Under the pieces are notes generated by a model. That model did no database searches. It was not told the DNA's origin and saw only the letters and a program-made list of their open reading frames with translations. The position numbers and the translations under genes were made by a program. From assembly GCA_964016885.1 (NCBI GenBank), contig OZ024740.1:197036001-197100000 (forward strand): 64,000 nucleotides of DNA. The letters run 5' to 3'. The DNA is from Eledone cirrhosa (taxonomy: Eukaryota). Of the stretch, positions 27,501 through 40,802 are shown in pieces (position 1 is the first letter of the stretch; every line of letters starts with the position of its first letter).

Positions 27501-27784
27501 TTCAAAAGAAAAGAAGGCAAAATTAATCTAAAATGGTGTTTTTCTCTTTTTACCTGTCATTGTTCTTTTTTGTATAGTTTTTTTTTATCTTTAATTAATT
27601 AATTTATTTGTGTAAACACTCTTTTTTTCTTTATATAGCACAATTTATGCTTGCATGATGCAATGATGCAGATAATCATATTTCAGATAATCACTTACAA
27701 CTACTTCTGAAATGATTAGAAAAAAAATCAGAGGAGAGGGAGAGAAATTATTAAAAGTGAAATAAATATAATACAGCAACACCA

Positions 27785-28010
27785 ACAGGGAGACCATCTA
27801 TGTGGTTGCTTGGTATGCTAGAAATAATAGTCAAATCTCTCTCAAATTACATCCCACCATCTTAAAAAGGGGAATGGGGTGATACAGTTGGTAGTGCCAT
27901 CCTATATAATGCAATGGCTGAGAGAAAGATGGGATGGTAGTGGCTGGAATGCCTTTGATCATATGTCTGGTCAGTCAAGGCTGACCTGCAGTTCACCACT
28001 ATCAACAACA
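27785..28010 (+). mobile_element. About 220-bp interspersed repeat with (CAA)n tail (SINE-like family 4)
   Basis: gggag..tcta.gtggt.gct...gctagaaata..agtcaaatct.cctcaaat...gatggtcatggctggaatgcctttgatcata...gggctgacctg...caacaac. Reverse copies at about 5400-5640, 11540-11690, 26590-26770, 29160-29350, 53935-54110 and 58950-59155. Confidence 0.75.
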
Positions 28011-29979
28011 GGTATAGGATAGAGTTCGATCGATAAAATCCCAGACCTCATTTGCTTACTGGGTTGGGGTGGAAATCATTTAATCATACTAAGGAAACAA
28101 TACTTCCATTGGTCTTTCTATTCCATTGATGATACTCTCTCTCTCTCTCTCTCTGATCGATTGACAGGATTCCAGACCTCATTCGCTTGCCGAGTGGGGT
28201 GGACTTCGTCAAATCCGACCAAGGAAACTTTTGTTTCCTTTGGTCTTTCCATTGCTGATACTATCTATCAGTCACAACTCCTGGCAGAAGGAGCAACAAG
28301 AAAATAGAATGTCTTGCTCAAGGACACAATGCATCACCCAGTTCGAGAATTGAACTTGCAACCTCACGATACTATCTACCAGTCACAATTCCTGGTAAAA
28401 TAGTGAAATCATGAGAGTATCAGATTAAATGCTGTGCAGTATTTTTTTCTGATTCTCTTTGCTCTGTGTTTAAAATCCCACCAAGGTCAACATTACCTTT
28501 CATTGTTTCAAGATTGATAAAGTACAATAAAATGGTGGAATTGTTATTACACTACTCTGATTCTTTGCAGTATCTGTTCAAATCTCACCTCCTTTCACTG
28601 GAAAAATTGTGACATGATAGAACTGGAATCCCTTTTACTAAAATAGAAACTTCCTATGATATTACATATCGTAGGAAGCTAGCTAAACCTACTATGGTGT
28701 GAACTCTAACTATAAACACAACAATAACAATAAAAACAGCTTAGCAAACAAGGAAGAAATATTAAATTGGGAAAGAAATAACTGTTTGTTTCTATTGTTT
28801 TCAGTGCTAATAATAATTGTTTCTACTTTTGGCACAAGGCCAGCAATTATCCCAGTGTATTACTGGTACTTTATTTTATCAACCCCATAAGGATGAAAGG
28901 CAAAGTTAACCTCGGTGGGATTTGAACTCAGACAGTAAAGGGCCGTAACTCTTTGCTTGCAAAGCATGTCGTCTGACCCTCTACCGAATAATAATGATAG
29001 TAGTAGGGAGAAAATATGTTCATGCCAAGAATAATTTGTTTGGGTGGTAAACCTAATCCATTACTTAGTTTAATACTACTATCTGGCCCTTACATGCCTT
29101 TAGCAGAATCCATTTTGTTGTTTAATCCCAGCTCCCTTTTCTGATTTAGTATATTAAATACATGTTGTTGTTTAATCCCATGTCAGACTTGATCAAAGTC
29201 ATTCTAGCCATGACCATCTTGTATTTTTGTATATCTATGACTATATTCTGCAACAGGTCTTCATTTTTTTTTAAGTAGTATGTTTTGATATGAGGAATAT
29301 TTGACTGCTATTTTTAACAGATTGTGTAACCACATAGAGGGTCCCTCATTTTTCATGTATGGAAATATCAGTAGAAGTTTTCTTATGTCAGTAAATTCAA
29401 CTTTGCTGGAGGGATAAAAACAAAAGCAAGTTTTGCTTGTCAAAATATCTACTCTTAAAAATACAATTAGAAGATTTATGTCTTTACTTACATCAGTAAG
29501 ATGATCTATGCATATCACAGGTGGCTGACTTGGTGCTAATAATATCAATAATAACAATAACAATAATGATAATGATAATTGTTTCTACATTTGGCACTAG
29601 GCCAGCAATTTGAAGGGGAAGGGAAAAATCGATTAAATCAACCCCAGTATGTAATTAGTGCTTTATTTTATCGACCCCGTAAGGATGAAAGGCAAAGCTA
29701 ACCTCAGTGTAAAGAGCCATAACTATATTCCACAAAGCATGTTGTCTGATGCGCTACCAATACTGCCAATCCACCACCCTAATAATGATAATAATAATAA
29801 TGACAACAATAACTTTTGGCATTGGTACAAGTCCACAGATTTTAAAAAATGAAAAATAGTTGGTTGAGTCAGTTGCTAGTACTTCAATGACATATAGTTT
29901 ATTGACACCAGAAGAATGAAAAGTAAAGATGTCACTGGCAGGATTTGAAACTTAGAATGTAAAGGATTATAACTAACCA

Positions 29980-30295
29980 TACATACTCATGTATAAGCTG
30001 AGAAACATTTTTTCATGCTCAGAGTTGCTGAAGCATAGAACAAACTACCTGCATCGGTTGTTAGCTGTCGGGACACTGCATTCTTCAAAATGTCCATGCT
30101 TCCCGAAATTCACCAACACTACACCTGATATTCTGCATCTGTACACATGCACACATGTATATGTGTGTATATGATGACTCTTACATTGTTCACTTTCCTG
30201 ACATTTGTACCATAATCAATATACTATACATGCACCTTTGATGAGTTGTAGTGCACCTGAGCACTGTGCACAATAATTACAATATTATTATTATT
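29980..30295 (+). mobile_element. CR1/L2-like LINE 3' fragment
   Basis: KHFFMLRVAEA*NKLPASVVSCRDTAFFK fits the FF-x-x-RV-x-x-x-WN-x-LP C-terminal motif; the 3' UTR ends tgtagtgcacctgagcactgtgcacaataat(tat)n. The same tail recurs at 18911-18980. Confidence 0.8.
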
Positions 30296-32884
30296 TTTAA
30301 ATATATGACAAAAATAATTGGCATTAAAATGGGGTGGTTGACTTATGTTTGAAGTCATTATTTTGCTGAATTTCACCATCTTCAACATCTACTTTAAAGA
30401 GAGACCAAAATATCTGGAGTAATACATATAGATACTTTCAGTAATTTCAAGATTGGAAAATGGCAATATTTTTTTAAATGTTATTATCAACTCCAAATGC
30501 TTACATTTGGAAAATATATCTACAAAATATGCAATTTTATGGAAGTTGCTAGGAAACAAATTGAGGTGGAGGCTGTGCTCTGTAGTTAAGCTTATATATA
30601 TATATACATAGCTTGCCCATTGAAACATTGTTAAGTTAAACATAAAAACTATAAAAACTTACAAACAAACATTTATAAATATACTGAAGCATTGACACAG
30701 ACTCACACAAACACACATACATGAATTATAATCATGCATAGACAGTGACACACATACACTTACAAACACATATATGTAAGATATGTATTCCAAAAAAGGA
30801 ACAACAACCTAGGGAATCAAGGAACCCCAAACAAATCCCAGGCTACCCAACCACCAATGGTAAATGCCCTCTCCCAAATTCTAATCTTGACTGATGGGCA
30901 TATTTTCAAAGTAGGGCAACCTCACAGATGTCACACTTGCTGTTCTTATCTAACTTTCAGAAACTTTACCTGAGATAATCACTTCCTCTTCAAGTGAAGG
31001 TTTGACCAGACCGGAAAACCCCTGACCTCAGTCCTTTGAATCTTGTCCATCACATGACCATTTTCACCTTACTAGACATACTGTCCTTCCCTGTCAAAGG
31101 AAGACTGCCATATGAACAATTTTGCCATACTGTAGAAAAACTGTTTACCCTTCCATCCCTTCCAAAGAAAGATAGCTGGATGATTTTCACACTGAATATC
31201 AACTTATTGAAATGTGTGAATATATTGCTTGTATACATTGACTCAGACAGCATGTTGTTACTAGAACATTTTTGACAGACACCTAATAGGGAGGGAAAGA
31301 GAGATTAAAACTGAAATGGAAATGCCAAATGCAATATGAACCTTACTACATTGCTTCAATAGTTTCACTTCTAGACTGATTGTGCTGCACTGACTGAACG
31401 ATCTTGTTGGAGAGATGTTGACTCGTTTAAGTGTAGGCTTCTGACTCTCTCTCTCCCCTCCTCCCTCTCTCCCCCCTCTCCTCATTCCCTTTCATCAATG
31501 GCTCCATCTAATATATTTTCTCCAATAAATCTATAAACCTGAAAAACTTCCTGTTCTCTCTCACTCACTCGACATTGCAATTATATATGTCTAACTAACT
31601 ATATTTTTCAGTTCCTTATTTCAAACAATCTTTTCATAGTAGAAACCAAATTAGTAAGTGTTATTATTAATATTCAGACGGTGGATTGGCAATATCAGGA
31701 GAGCATCGTAGAACATGCTTTGTGGAATATAGTTATGTCCCATTACATTCTGAGTTTAAATTCTGCCACGGTTAGCTTTATCTTTCATCCTTACGACGTC
31801 GATAAAATAAAGTATCAGTAATACACTGGGGTTGATTTAATCAATTTTCCCCTCCCCGAAAAAATTGTTGACCTTGTACCTAATTCAGAAACCGTAATTA
31901 TTATATTCATAGAATATTTGGATTGAAAGAATAATTAGGGCATTGGATAAAATGCCTTGCAGTGTCTGTTCCAGCCTTTTCTGAGTTCAAATGCCACCAA
32001 AGTCAACTTGGCTTTTCATCTTTCAGAGTTCGATAAAATAAATTAACAGTCAATACTGATTCCTGATTTAATCAGCTACCACCACCCCCTCATCTAATTT
32101 TGATCTTTTGCCCATTTTAGAAACAATTCACATTTTGTTATATCATTCATGTTATATCATTCATTACAATATTTCACCAGAAACTTGGCCCAAATGCTTG
32201 CAACAAATTGGACTTTGCTAAAGGCACCCAAGTGATATGTGGTTATATAAAACTGGACTATGAATTAAGTCTTTCACCAGTGTCATTGTCACTCAACCGT
32301 TGTCCTTGTGGTGAATAAAGAAAACATTATTATTACTAGTGTCAGGTAAAATACCCTGCTGTATTTATTCTAGTTCTTTATATCTTGTGTTCAAATTCTG
32401 CTGAGGTCAACTTTGACTTTCATCAATTGACTGATCCTTTTACCTTGTGGCTATGTTAAAATTTAATATAATTATTAAGGTCCAATGTTTTGCGATATGT
32501 CTTTGTAAGATACCAGATTAATTACCTTTGTTGCAATAAAAAAAATCATTGCTTCCTCTAGGATTGGCAGAATCGGTAGAGCATCAGACACCATGCATAG
32601 TGGCATAGTTACATTCCTTTACGTTCTGAGTTCAAATCCGGCTGAGGTTAGCTTTGCCTTTTGTTGTTACAGGGTTGATAAAATAAAACACCAGTAACGC
32701 ACTGGAGTCGATTTAATCGACTTTCCTCTCTCCAAAAATTGCTGTCCTTGTGCCCTATAGTAGAAACCATTATTACTTTTTCAAATTTCACTTGGAATGG
32801 AAGGTGAGGGTGGAGAGAAAAGTCTTGACCCCACTCACCCCAGTACATTTGCTAAAAGGTGGATGAATGTTGCCAGAAGTGCCC

Positions 32885-33368
32885 AGTCAAACAACATCAA
32901 TAATACCATTGATTGTCCTCCATGATCCTTATGCACAAGTTGATTAATTTTCTCCACATTTCTGGGGGTGACACTCGTGGCAGGTCTTCCAGATCACTCA
33001 TCATTTTCCAGGGATGTTCTTCCACTTTTGATGCAACCGTGCAACATGAAACATTGTGTACAACCCATTGCATTGTCACAGTAAGCTTGACAAAGCATGC
33101 TCAATGTTTCTGTAGCAGACTTCCCAAGTTGAACGCAACATTTCACGTTGTCTCTTTGTTCCAACTTCCTGTTCATAACAAAATCTCAGGCTACAACATA
33201 TATGTGATCACAAAGACTCACAAAGACACAAATTTCACAACATGCGAAGTGAACACAACACACTGGTGCATGAAGGTTATGGCTAGCTCTCACTTTGTAT
33301 GCAACCGCCTGTTGCCATCTGTTGGCGTACTACAGAACTAGTCCGAAAACATTTTGATACCACGTCTT
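32885..33368 (-). mobile_element. Mariner-family transposon, 5' fragment (TIR + HTH of transposase)
   Basis: MNRKLEQRDNVKCCVQLGKSATETLSMLCQAY...SLENDE(fs)SGRPATSVTPRNVEKI; TIR-like taagacgtggtatcaaaatgttttcggact abuts a TA tract. Confidence 0.85.
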
Positions 33369-34069
33369 ATATGTGTGTGTGTGTGTGTGTGTATATACAC
33401 ATGTGTATATATATATATATATATATAAATAAATCAGAAACCATTGTTATATTATAAAGGGTGGTGGGCTGGACATCAGAGAAATGCTTAGCAGTGTTTG
33501 TTGCTGGATCAATAACATAAAGTACGAGTCAAGCAGTCAATTTAATTGGCTTGCCCTTCCTCAAAACTTTTGGCCCTTTGCTGAAATATTGATGTAGAAT
33601 ATTCTGGATTCCATTAATGAAATTCTCCATACTTATCTTTTACTATTGACTTTGTCATTCTAAGCAGCTCGCCATGGGATCACAAAGCCATGTGAACTAA
33701 TAAGAGCCAACTGTCTCAATACCCAAATGGCTTAAATATTTAGCATTAAAAGAATTTTCCAGTTTTATCAGGAGTACAACAACCTCGTCAGTGTTTTTGG
33801 TCAACAAGATAAATGCACCCAGTACACTTTGTAAATTGGTTGGGGATAGAAAGGCCATAGAAAGCCTGTTGAACAAAGGGTTATGAGGATTTTTTAGCTC
33901 TATAAAAAACATAACAACCTCCCTAATGCTGGCACAATGATAAAATGCATTCTGTACCACACGGGATGATACATGAGATGCAGGACCTAGCCTACTAATG
34001 ATAATGATGATGATTAGCAATTTCTCATGGAAATTCTAGTCCAAGGATATTTGGCTTATGTATATATAC

Positions 34070-35190
34070 AGAACCCAGATCCCCTCAGGGAAATGGCCTT
34101 GCTCAGTATGTAGGAAAGGTGTAGGTAGGAACTCCATTCTCTGCCCCAAATGCAAACAATGGGTACACAAGAGCTGTAGCGGGATCTCAGGAAGCTTAAT
34201 TAAGAATGTAGGATTCACATGCAGCAGCTGTGCTGAAACAGCAAGCAAACAGCCACAGGAAACAAGTACCACCAATCTCTGGGAGGGCCCTGTAGAAACA
34301 GTAGACAGCTTCTGCTACCTAGGTGACCGAATTAGCAACGGAGGTGGGTGCTCAGAAAGTACAATAACTAGGGTAAGAACGGGATGGAAGAAGTTTAGGG
34401 AACTACTACCACTGCTAGCTGCAAAAGGCTTCTCCCTCAGAATGAAAGGCAGACTGTATGATGCGTGTATCCGAACAGCGATGTTGCATGGTAGTGAGAC
34501 CTGGGCGCTGAAGGTGGAAGACTTACGTAGATTAGAGAGAAACGAAGCCTACATGCTCCGATGGATGTGTAACAGTAATATACGTGAACGACAAAGCATA
34601 AAGGAATTGAGAGAGAGACTGAGCATAAGAGGAATCAAATGCTGCGTGCAGGAGAGGCGGTTACGCTGGTATGGACATGTGATGCGTATGAAGGATGACA
34701 GCTGCATAAAAAGGTGCAGAGCACTAGAAGTTGATGGAAACTGCGGAGTGGGGAGACCCAAGATGACTTGGGATGAGGTGATAAAAGCCGACCTTACCCA
34801 ACTACACCTCTCAAAGACAATGACACACGACCGTGACTTCTGGCGTCACGCAGTAATACAGGGTACCCGACCTCCCATGGGTACATGCTGAAGCATATAA
34901 ACAATATGCCCCCACTCCCCCCACCGCAAGGTGGTCGTGGAGGTGCCACGGCAAAAAAGTACCCAGCCCACACTGTAAAGTGGACGTGTAGGTGCTACGA
35001 AAAAGCACCCAGCACTCACTGTAAATGAGGTTGGTGTTAGGAAGGGCATCCAGCTGTAGAAATCAAGCCAGATCAGTTCCTGTATGAGCAAGGCATGGTC
35101 AGCCGACCAGACACTGCCCACAACAGGACAACCCATCTAACCCATGCTAGCGTGGAAGAACGGACGTAAAACGGTGATGATGATGATGAT
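34070..35190 (+). mobile_element. RTE LINE 3' fragment (subfamily A) with PHD-like finger and ~300-bp 3' UTR
   Basis: ORF 34058-34891: GKWPCSVCRKGVG...VDSFCYLGD...RLRWYGHV; the 3' UTR ends aacccatgctagcgtggaagaacggacgtaaaacgg(tga)n. Confidence 0.93.
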
Positions 35191-35312
35191 ATATATATAT
35201 ATATATATATTATATTATATTCAATTGTTTCCATGGGGCCATTAAATATATATATATATATGTGAATGTATGTGTGTGTATATATATATATATATATGTG
35301 TGTGTGAATGTG

Positions 35313-35926
35313 TCATCATCATCATCGTTTAACGTCCATATTCCACGCTTGCATGGGTTTGGACGGGGGTTTACCCACTTGAGGCAAGAGTGGTTGTCTT
35401 GCTCGCATAGGACTGTCTGGCTGGTTTTCTACAGCTGGATGCCCTTCCTAACACCAACCACATTTACAGTGTGGGGCTGGGAGGTTTTTACCGTGTTACC
35501 TACACGGCCACATTACAGCGTGGACTGTGTGTTTTTTTGTCGTGACACCTACACGATCTCATTTGTTTCGGCCTGGATGTTGTGGCACCAACATAACTTT
35601 ACATTGAAAGGGATGGTGTGGATGGGGTGGGGGTAGTGGGACGGGGTGTATTTTGTTAGAGGTGCCTACTGACTGTAGTAGGTTTCACTTTGTACTTAGG
35701 TAAGGCGGGTCTTCTCTATTACTGTGTAACGCCAAATCTCTCGGTCCAGTGACATTGTCTTGGAGAGGTGTAAGTGTGTGAGGTCGGAATTTATCAAGTC
35801 GTCCCAGGTTTTTCTGGGTCTGCCTACTCCGTGGCTACCGTCTATTTTTATCGCCCTGCACTTTTTTATACAGCTGTCGTCTTTCATGCGCATCACGTGA
35901 CCATACCAACGTAGCCTTCTCTCGAG
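35313..35926 (-). mobile_element. RTE LINE 3' fragment (subfamily C)
   Basis: LERRLRWYGHVMRMKDDSCIKKC...; 3' UTR near-identical to 12655-13140 but without the duplication. Confidence 0.92.
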
Positions 35927-35962
<36 letters not shown>

Positions 35963-36072
35963 AATGTGTATATATATATGTGTGTGTGTGAATGTGTATA
36001 TATATATGTGTGTGTGTGTGTGTGTGAATGTGTATATATATATATATATATGTGCGTGTATATATATATATA

Positions 36073-36915
36073 TCATCATCATCATCGTTTAACGTCCATC
36101 TTCCACGCTAGCATGGGTCTGGATGGGAATTGTCCCACTTGAGGCAAGATTGGTTGTCTTGCTCGGGACTATCTGGCAGGTTTTCTACGGCTGGATGCCC
36201 TTCCTAATACCAACCACGTTTACAGTGTGGACTATGAGGTTTTTACCGTGTTACCTACACGGCCACATTACAGTGTGGAATGTGTGTTTTTTTGTCGTGA
36301 CACCTACACGACCTCATTTATTTAGGACTGGATGTTGTGGTACCAACATAGCTTTACATCGAAAGGGGTGGTGTAGATGGTGGTGGGGCTAGGGGTAGAT
36401 AGATCCTCTGCACACAAGGCCCATGTCTCACTCCCATGTAACATCACTGTTCGTATGCAGGCATCATACAGCCTGCCCTTCATTTTTAGAGAGAAACCCT
36501 TAGCGGCCAATAGTGGTATAAGCTCTCTGAACTTTTTCCATCCCGTTCTGACTCTAGCTACTGTACTTTCAGAGCACCCTCCACCACTGCTGATTTTGTC
36601 ACCCAGGTAACGGAATGTGTCCACTATTTCTACAGAGCCATCTGGGCAATGGAATGAGCTAGTATTCTGAGGGCACTTGCTGCTACTTATTGCACCAGAG
36701 CACCGGCCACATATAAAATCTATATTCTTACTTAGCTTACCTGTGATCCCACTACATCTTTTATGCACCCATACTTTGTATTTGGGACATAGAATGGAGT
36801 CTGCCTACTCCTTTCCTACACACTGAGCATGGCCATTTCCCAGATGGGACCAGTGCCCTATTCTCCTTCCTACATATTAGAACTTTAGTCTTAGACAAGT
36901 TAATTTTAAGGCCTA
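36073..36915 (-). mobile_element. RTE LINE fragment (subfamily C) with internal deletion
   Basis: GLKINLSKTKVL...GKWPCSVCRKGVG...LHGSETWALCAEDL is joined directly (about 36400) to the 3' UTR and (cat)n tail. Confidence 0.9.
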
Positions 36916-37327
36916 ATATATATATATATATATATATATCTGTGTGTTTACATTTACACATACATACACATCAAAATTTGCCAACATCGATGCACTGAGT
37001 TGATCCTGTTGATTTGTATAGAAAACATTGAACTGTGTGTAGCAGTGCACATCAGCATATACACACAGTTGTATATGAACATACTGATGTCTGTGTAAAT
37101 ACAGTAGCACTGCATGCAGCTGCACTATATTCTACACTACATTATGATGTTGCACCATCGCCAGCGTGCACACACACACCTGTTTCATGTCATTGACTTG
37201 CATTAAAATTGCACTGAGTTGCACATATTTGTGCTCACCTATATATGATGATGATTTTGATGATATACATATATATTCATACATATATATATATATATAT
37301 TGATACATATGTATATATATACATATA

Positions 37328-37383
<56 letters not shown>

Positions 37384-37984
37384 ATATGTATTTATATATG
37401 TGCACGTGCACCTAACTGTAAATATATATATATATATATATTTATAGTTAGGTACACGTGCACATATATAAATACATATACATTCTCTTCCTATCTTTCT
37501 TCCCCCTTCCTCCTTATTTCTCTTCTCTTTTCTGACCCTCTCCCTCCGACATAAGTAATGCCACAAATAAGGACTACAGCTCCTTTACGAATCTAATTGT
37601 ATTCTTACACATGCATATGCAGAAAAACATACACACATATGTATACACATACACATACTCACACATACTTTATACTTTACAAGCACACACATACACACAT
37701 TCATAAACATTCAATCAATCGATTTTGCAATCTGTAACATTGTGTAAGGAATTGGCAACATGATGCACTCACACATACATAAACATACACACACATACAT
37801 ACTGACTCTCATAAACATTCAATCAATCAATTTTGTGATCTGTAATACACACATTGGTAAGGAATTTGATGCACGTGCATGCAAACACAAGTTGACACAC
37901 ACACACACACAGTTATGGTTAAATATACACAGAAGAGAAGGGGATAACATTATACAGTAACACACACACACACACACACACACA

Positions 37985-38285
37985 CCATCACCTCCTCCCA
38001 CTATCACCTCGTCCTCCTCCCACTATCACCGCGTCCTCCTCCCACTATCACCTCGTCCTCCTCCCACCATCACCTCTACCACCTCTTCCCACCATCACTT
38101 CTACCACTCCCTCCCACCATCACTTCTACCACTCCCTCCCACCATCACCTCTACCTCCTCCCACCATCGCCTCTTCCTCTTCTACCACCAAGTCTACCTC
38201 TACCCCCTTCTACCTCATCCTACTACTCACTCATAACTACTTCCTCCTACACCCTACCCCACCCCACCCCACCCCACTTCACCTT
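37985..38285. repeat. C-rich degenerate ~21-bp tandem repeat
   Basis: Units like cctcctcccactatcacctcgt and ctcccaccatcacttctaccact. Confidence 0.8.
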
Positions 38286-38630
38286 AAACTCTCTTCATGA
38301 TCACTGCCAGAGAACACTTACTGATGCTGACAATGATGAGGATAGTGATGGTGATCAGGATGTTGATAACCTGATCGATATTTTTCTGTATCGACAGCTG
38401 ATTGGCTGATATCTCGGTTAGAAGTGAACTGAAATAGGACATTGACCCCTTCATGATCAGCCTCTCATTCACCCCACTACACTCATATTCTTCTGTCATC
38501 CTCTACTTACACTACTATGACAACAGAAACATTACTACTGCTACAAACATTTCTACTATCAGCAACATAATACAACATTACAACTACAACCAGCTCACTA
38601 TCACCACCACTGCTATCACTGCTGCTACTG

Positions 38631-38672
<42 letters not shown>

Positions 38673-38721
38673 GGAGTACTACTACTATTACTACTACTAC
38701 TACTAATAATAATAATAATAA

Positions 38722-38915
38722 TAATTGTTTCTACTTTTGGCACAAGGTCAGCAATTACCCCAGTGTATTTCTGGTACTTTATTTTATCGACCCTCGTAAG
38801 GATGAAAGGCAAACTTAACCTCGGCGGGATTTGAACTCAGACCATAAAGGGCCGTACCTCTTTGCTGCAAAGCATGGCGTCCAACCCTCTACCGATACTG
38901 CCAATCCACCGCCCT
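38722..38915 (-). mobile_element. SINE family 1, full-length
   Basis: Reverse complement of 39093-39284, embedded in (aat)n. Confidence 0.92.
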
Positions 38916-39092
38916 AATAATAATAATAATAATGATTTCTTTATTGGCCACAAAATGATAATTATTTCTTTATAAACTATAAAAGTTTCACGTAAAGAAA
39001 ACATTTAAGACAGCGCAGGACAATGACCTTTTTATTCAGCGCTCGGGCAGAAGTACAATAACAAATTCTTCTTATTATTATTTCTTATAATA

Positions 39093-39284
39093 GGGCGGTG
39101 GATTGGCAGTATCGGTAGAGGGTCGGACGCCATGCTTTGACGCATAGAGTTACGGCCCTTGCCATTCTGAGTTCAAATCCCGCCGAGGTTAACTTTGCCT
39201 TTCATCCTTACGGGGTTGATAAAATAAAGTACCAGTAATACACTGGGTAATTGCTGGCCTTGTGCCAAAAGTAGAAACAATTAT
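39093..39284 (+). mobile_element. tRNA-derived SINE family 1, full-length young copy with TSD
   Basis: A box tggcagtatcgg, B box gagttcaaatcc, central gcctttcatccttacggggttgataaaataaagtaccag, tail gtagaaacaattatt. TSD attatttcttataata at 39077-39092 and 39280-39295. Other copies at about 772-995, 8155-8362, 14454-14575, 31678-31900, 32560-32775, 41124-41230, 42250-42420, 47074-47265, 55630-55825, 63130-63293 (+) and 10530-10710, 28812-28990, 29575-29780 (-). Confidence 0.92.
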
Positions 39285-39905
39285 TTCTTATAATAATGAT
39301 AATAATTTAATAATCATATTAAACTTACTCAGTACGCATCGGAATCCCTGCATCGGTGGCACTTCCCACGATGCATATCCCTCTTGATGCCACATGTGGA
39401 CACAGATGCCCTTTGTGGCCTTTTCCACCTCAGACAGTTGCAGAGAATCATCACCAGGATTCCAAAAGCTGCCCACATCTTTGCAGCTCGCAATACAGAG
39501 GACAGGAAGACAAGCAGATACCAGAGCTTGTCTGGCCGCTTCCTCTTTGCACTGATTGCTGTTGAGACCTCGGGCAGCTGACTTCTTCTGTAAAATCAGA
39601 TGAATATCAGCCCATCTGAGAAAGGAGCCCCACAAGGTTGGGTGGCTGCTGCTGCAGGTGTCATTGGCCATTTTCCATGAAAATACCTTTGTTATTTTGT
39701 CCGTAGGGTGCAGCTGAAACACTGCTCTGATCTATGTGTAGAGTCTATCACCCTCTCCTTTCCCTTTTCTTTCTTCCTTTGTTTAGTAGTCCTTGCTCTT
39801 CCCCTCCTTTCCCCTCTCATTTATGGTATTTATAGTCCATTTCAATGCTGCTTTCTTTTTTTTGTATGTTTAACCAGTTTATAGTTATATCAACAATAAA
39901 TTTAA

Positions 39906-40612
39906 AATAATTATTTCTTTATTGGCCACTAGGGCTGAAACATAAAAGACAATACAAAAACAGGGATAGTGGGGATTTACATAAAATGTGTAAATAATAC
40001 AACAGCAAGTAACAATTAACAGCAAATTAATAAAACTCCTCAATAGTACCACCCAAGGTAATTTAGGAACCCCACAGATCCTAAACCACCTTAATCTCTA
40101 AGAGCACCATAAAAAAGTACCCCTCTCCTCTCAAAACTCACCAGCCTACAGGTGCATGGTCAGAGTAGGTCCACTCACTCAGGCCATCCTTACTACATTC
40201 ATCTACCTTTAAACAAAAGTACTGGAAGGCAGCACTTCCATTTCTATTCTCACTTTCCTTTCCAAGTGGAACTTGAAAAAGTTGAGGGCTTGGCCAAAGA
40301 GAAAAGTATCTGTCTTCAGTCCTTTCAGTGTCACCCACCACTCAACCTTTTTGCAACAGCCACCAGGCAGAAGAAAACTACCTGCCCTTCTCAGCCAAAA
40401 GTAGGTGGCATAATGGAGTCGGTTGATAGCCGGATCCATCCTACACATGATAATAACAGTTCGACAAAACTCCACATGTCAGCAAATCTCAGACACTGGA
40501 CAAGTGCATTCAGAACAGTTTTATTGCTCTGCATGCATCATGGACAGGTCCATCTGACATTTCTGTGACTGTAGAGTTTGTGCCAAACAGCAGTGTACCC
40601 ATTACCTGGCAG
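39906..40612 (-). mobile_element. L1/Tx1-like LINE 3' fragment (ORF2 C-terminus + 3' UTR)
   Basis: Minus strand reads ..CMQSNKTVLNALVQC..MWSFVELLLS.. (decayed CCHC-knuckle region) and WW..LKGL..FFKFHLERKVRIE. Ends ggccaataaagaaataattatt. Related fragments at 32778-32880 (+) and about 30790-31250 (-). Confidence 0.65.
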
Positions 40613-40802
40613 CCCATAATAATAATAATGGTTTCTAATATTAAGGCACATGACCAGCAATTTGAGGTCATAAAGGGTTGTAACTAGATGCCTCAATACA
40701 CTTAGTCCTACATACTAATGATTCTGCCAAATAATAATGCATTAACAACAATAATCACTACTTCTACTACTACTACTACTACAACATCTACTACTACATC
40801 AA

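Noticed and set aside
39288-39722. 144-aa minus-strand ORF, possibly a LINE ORF1 relic
   Set aside because: GC-richer and next to the Tx1-like fragment, but no motif could be read convincingly.
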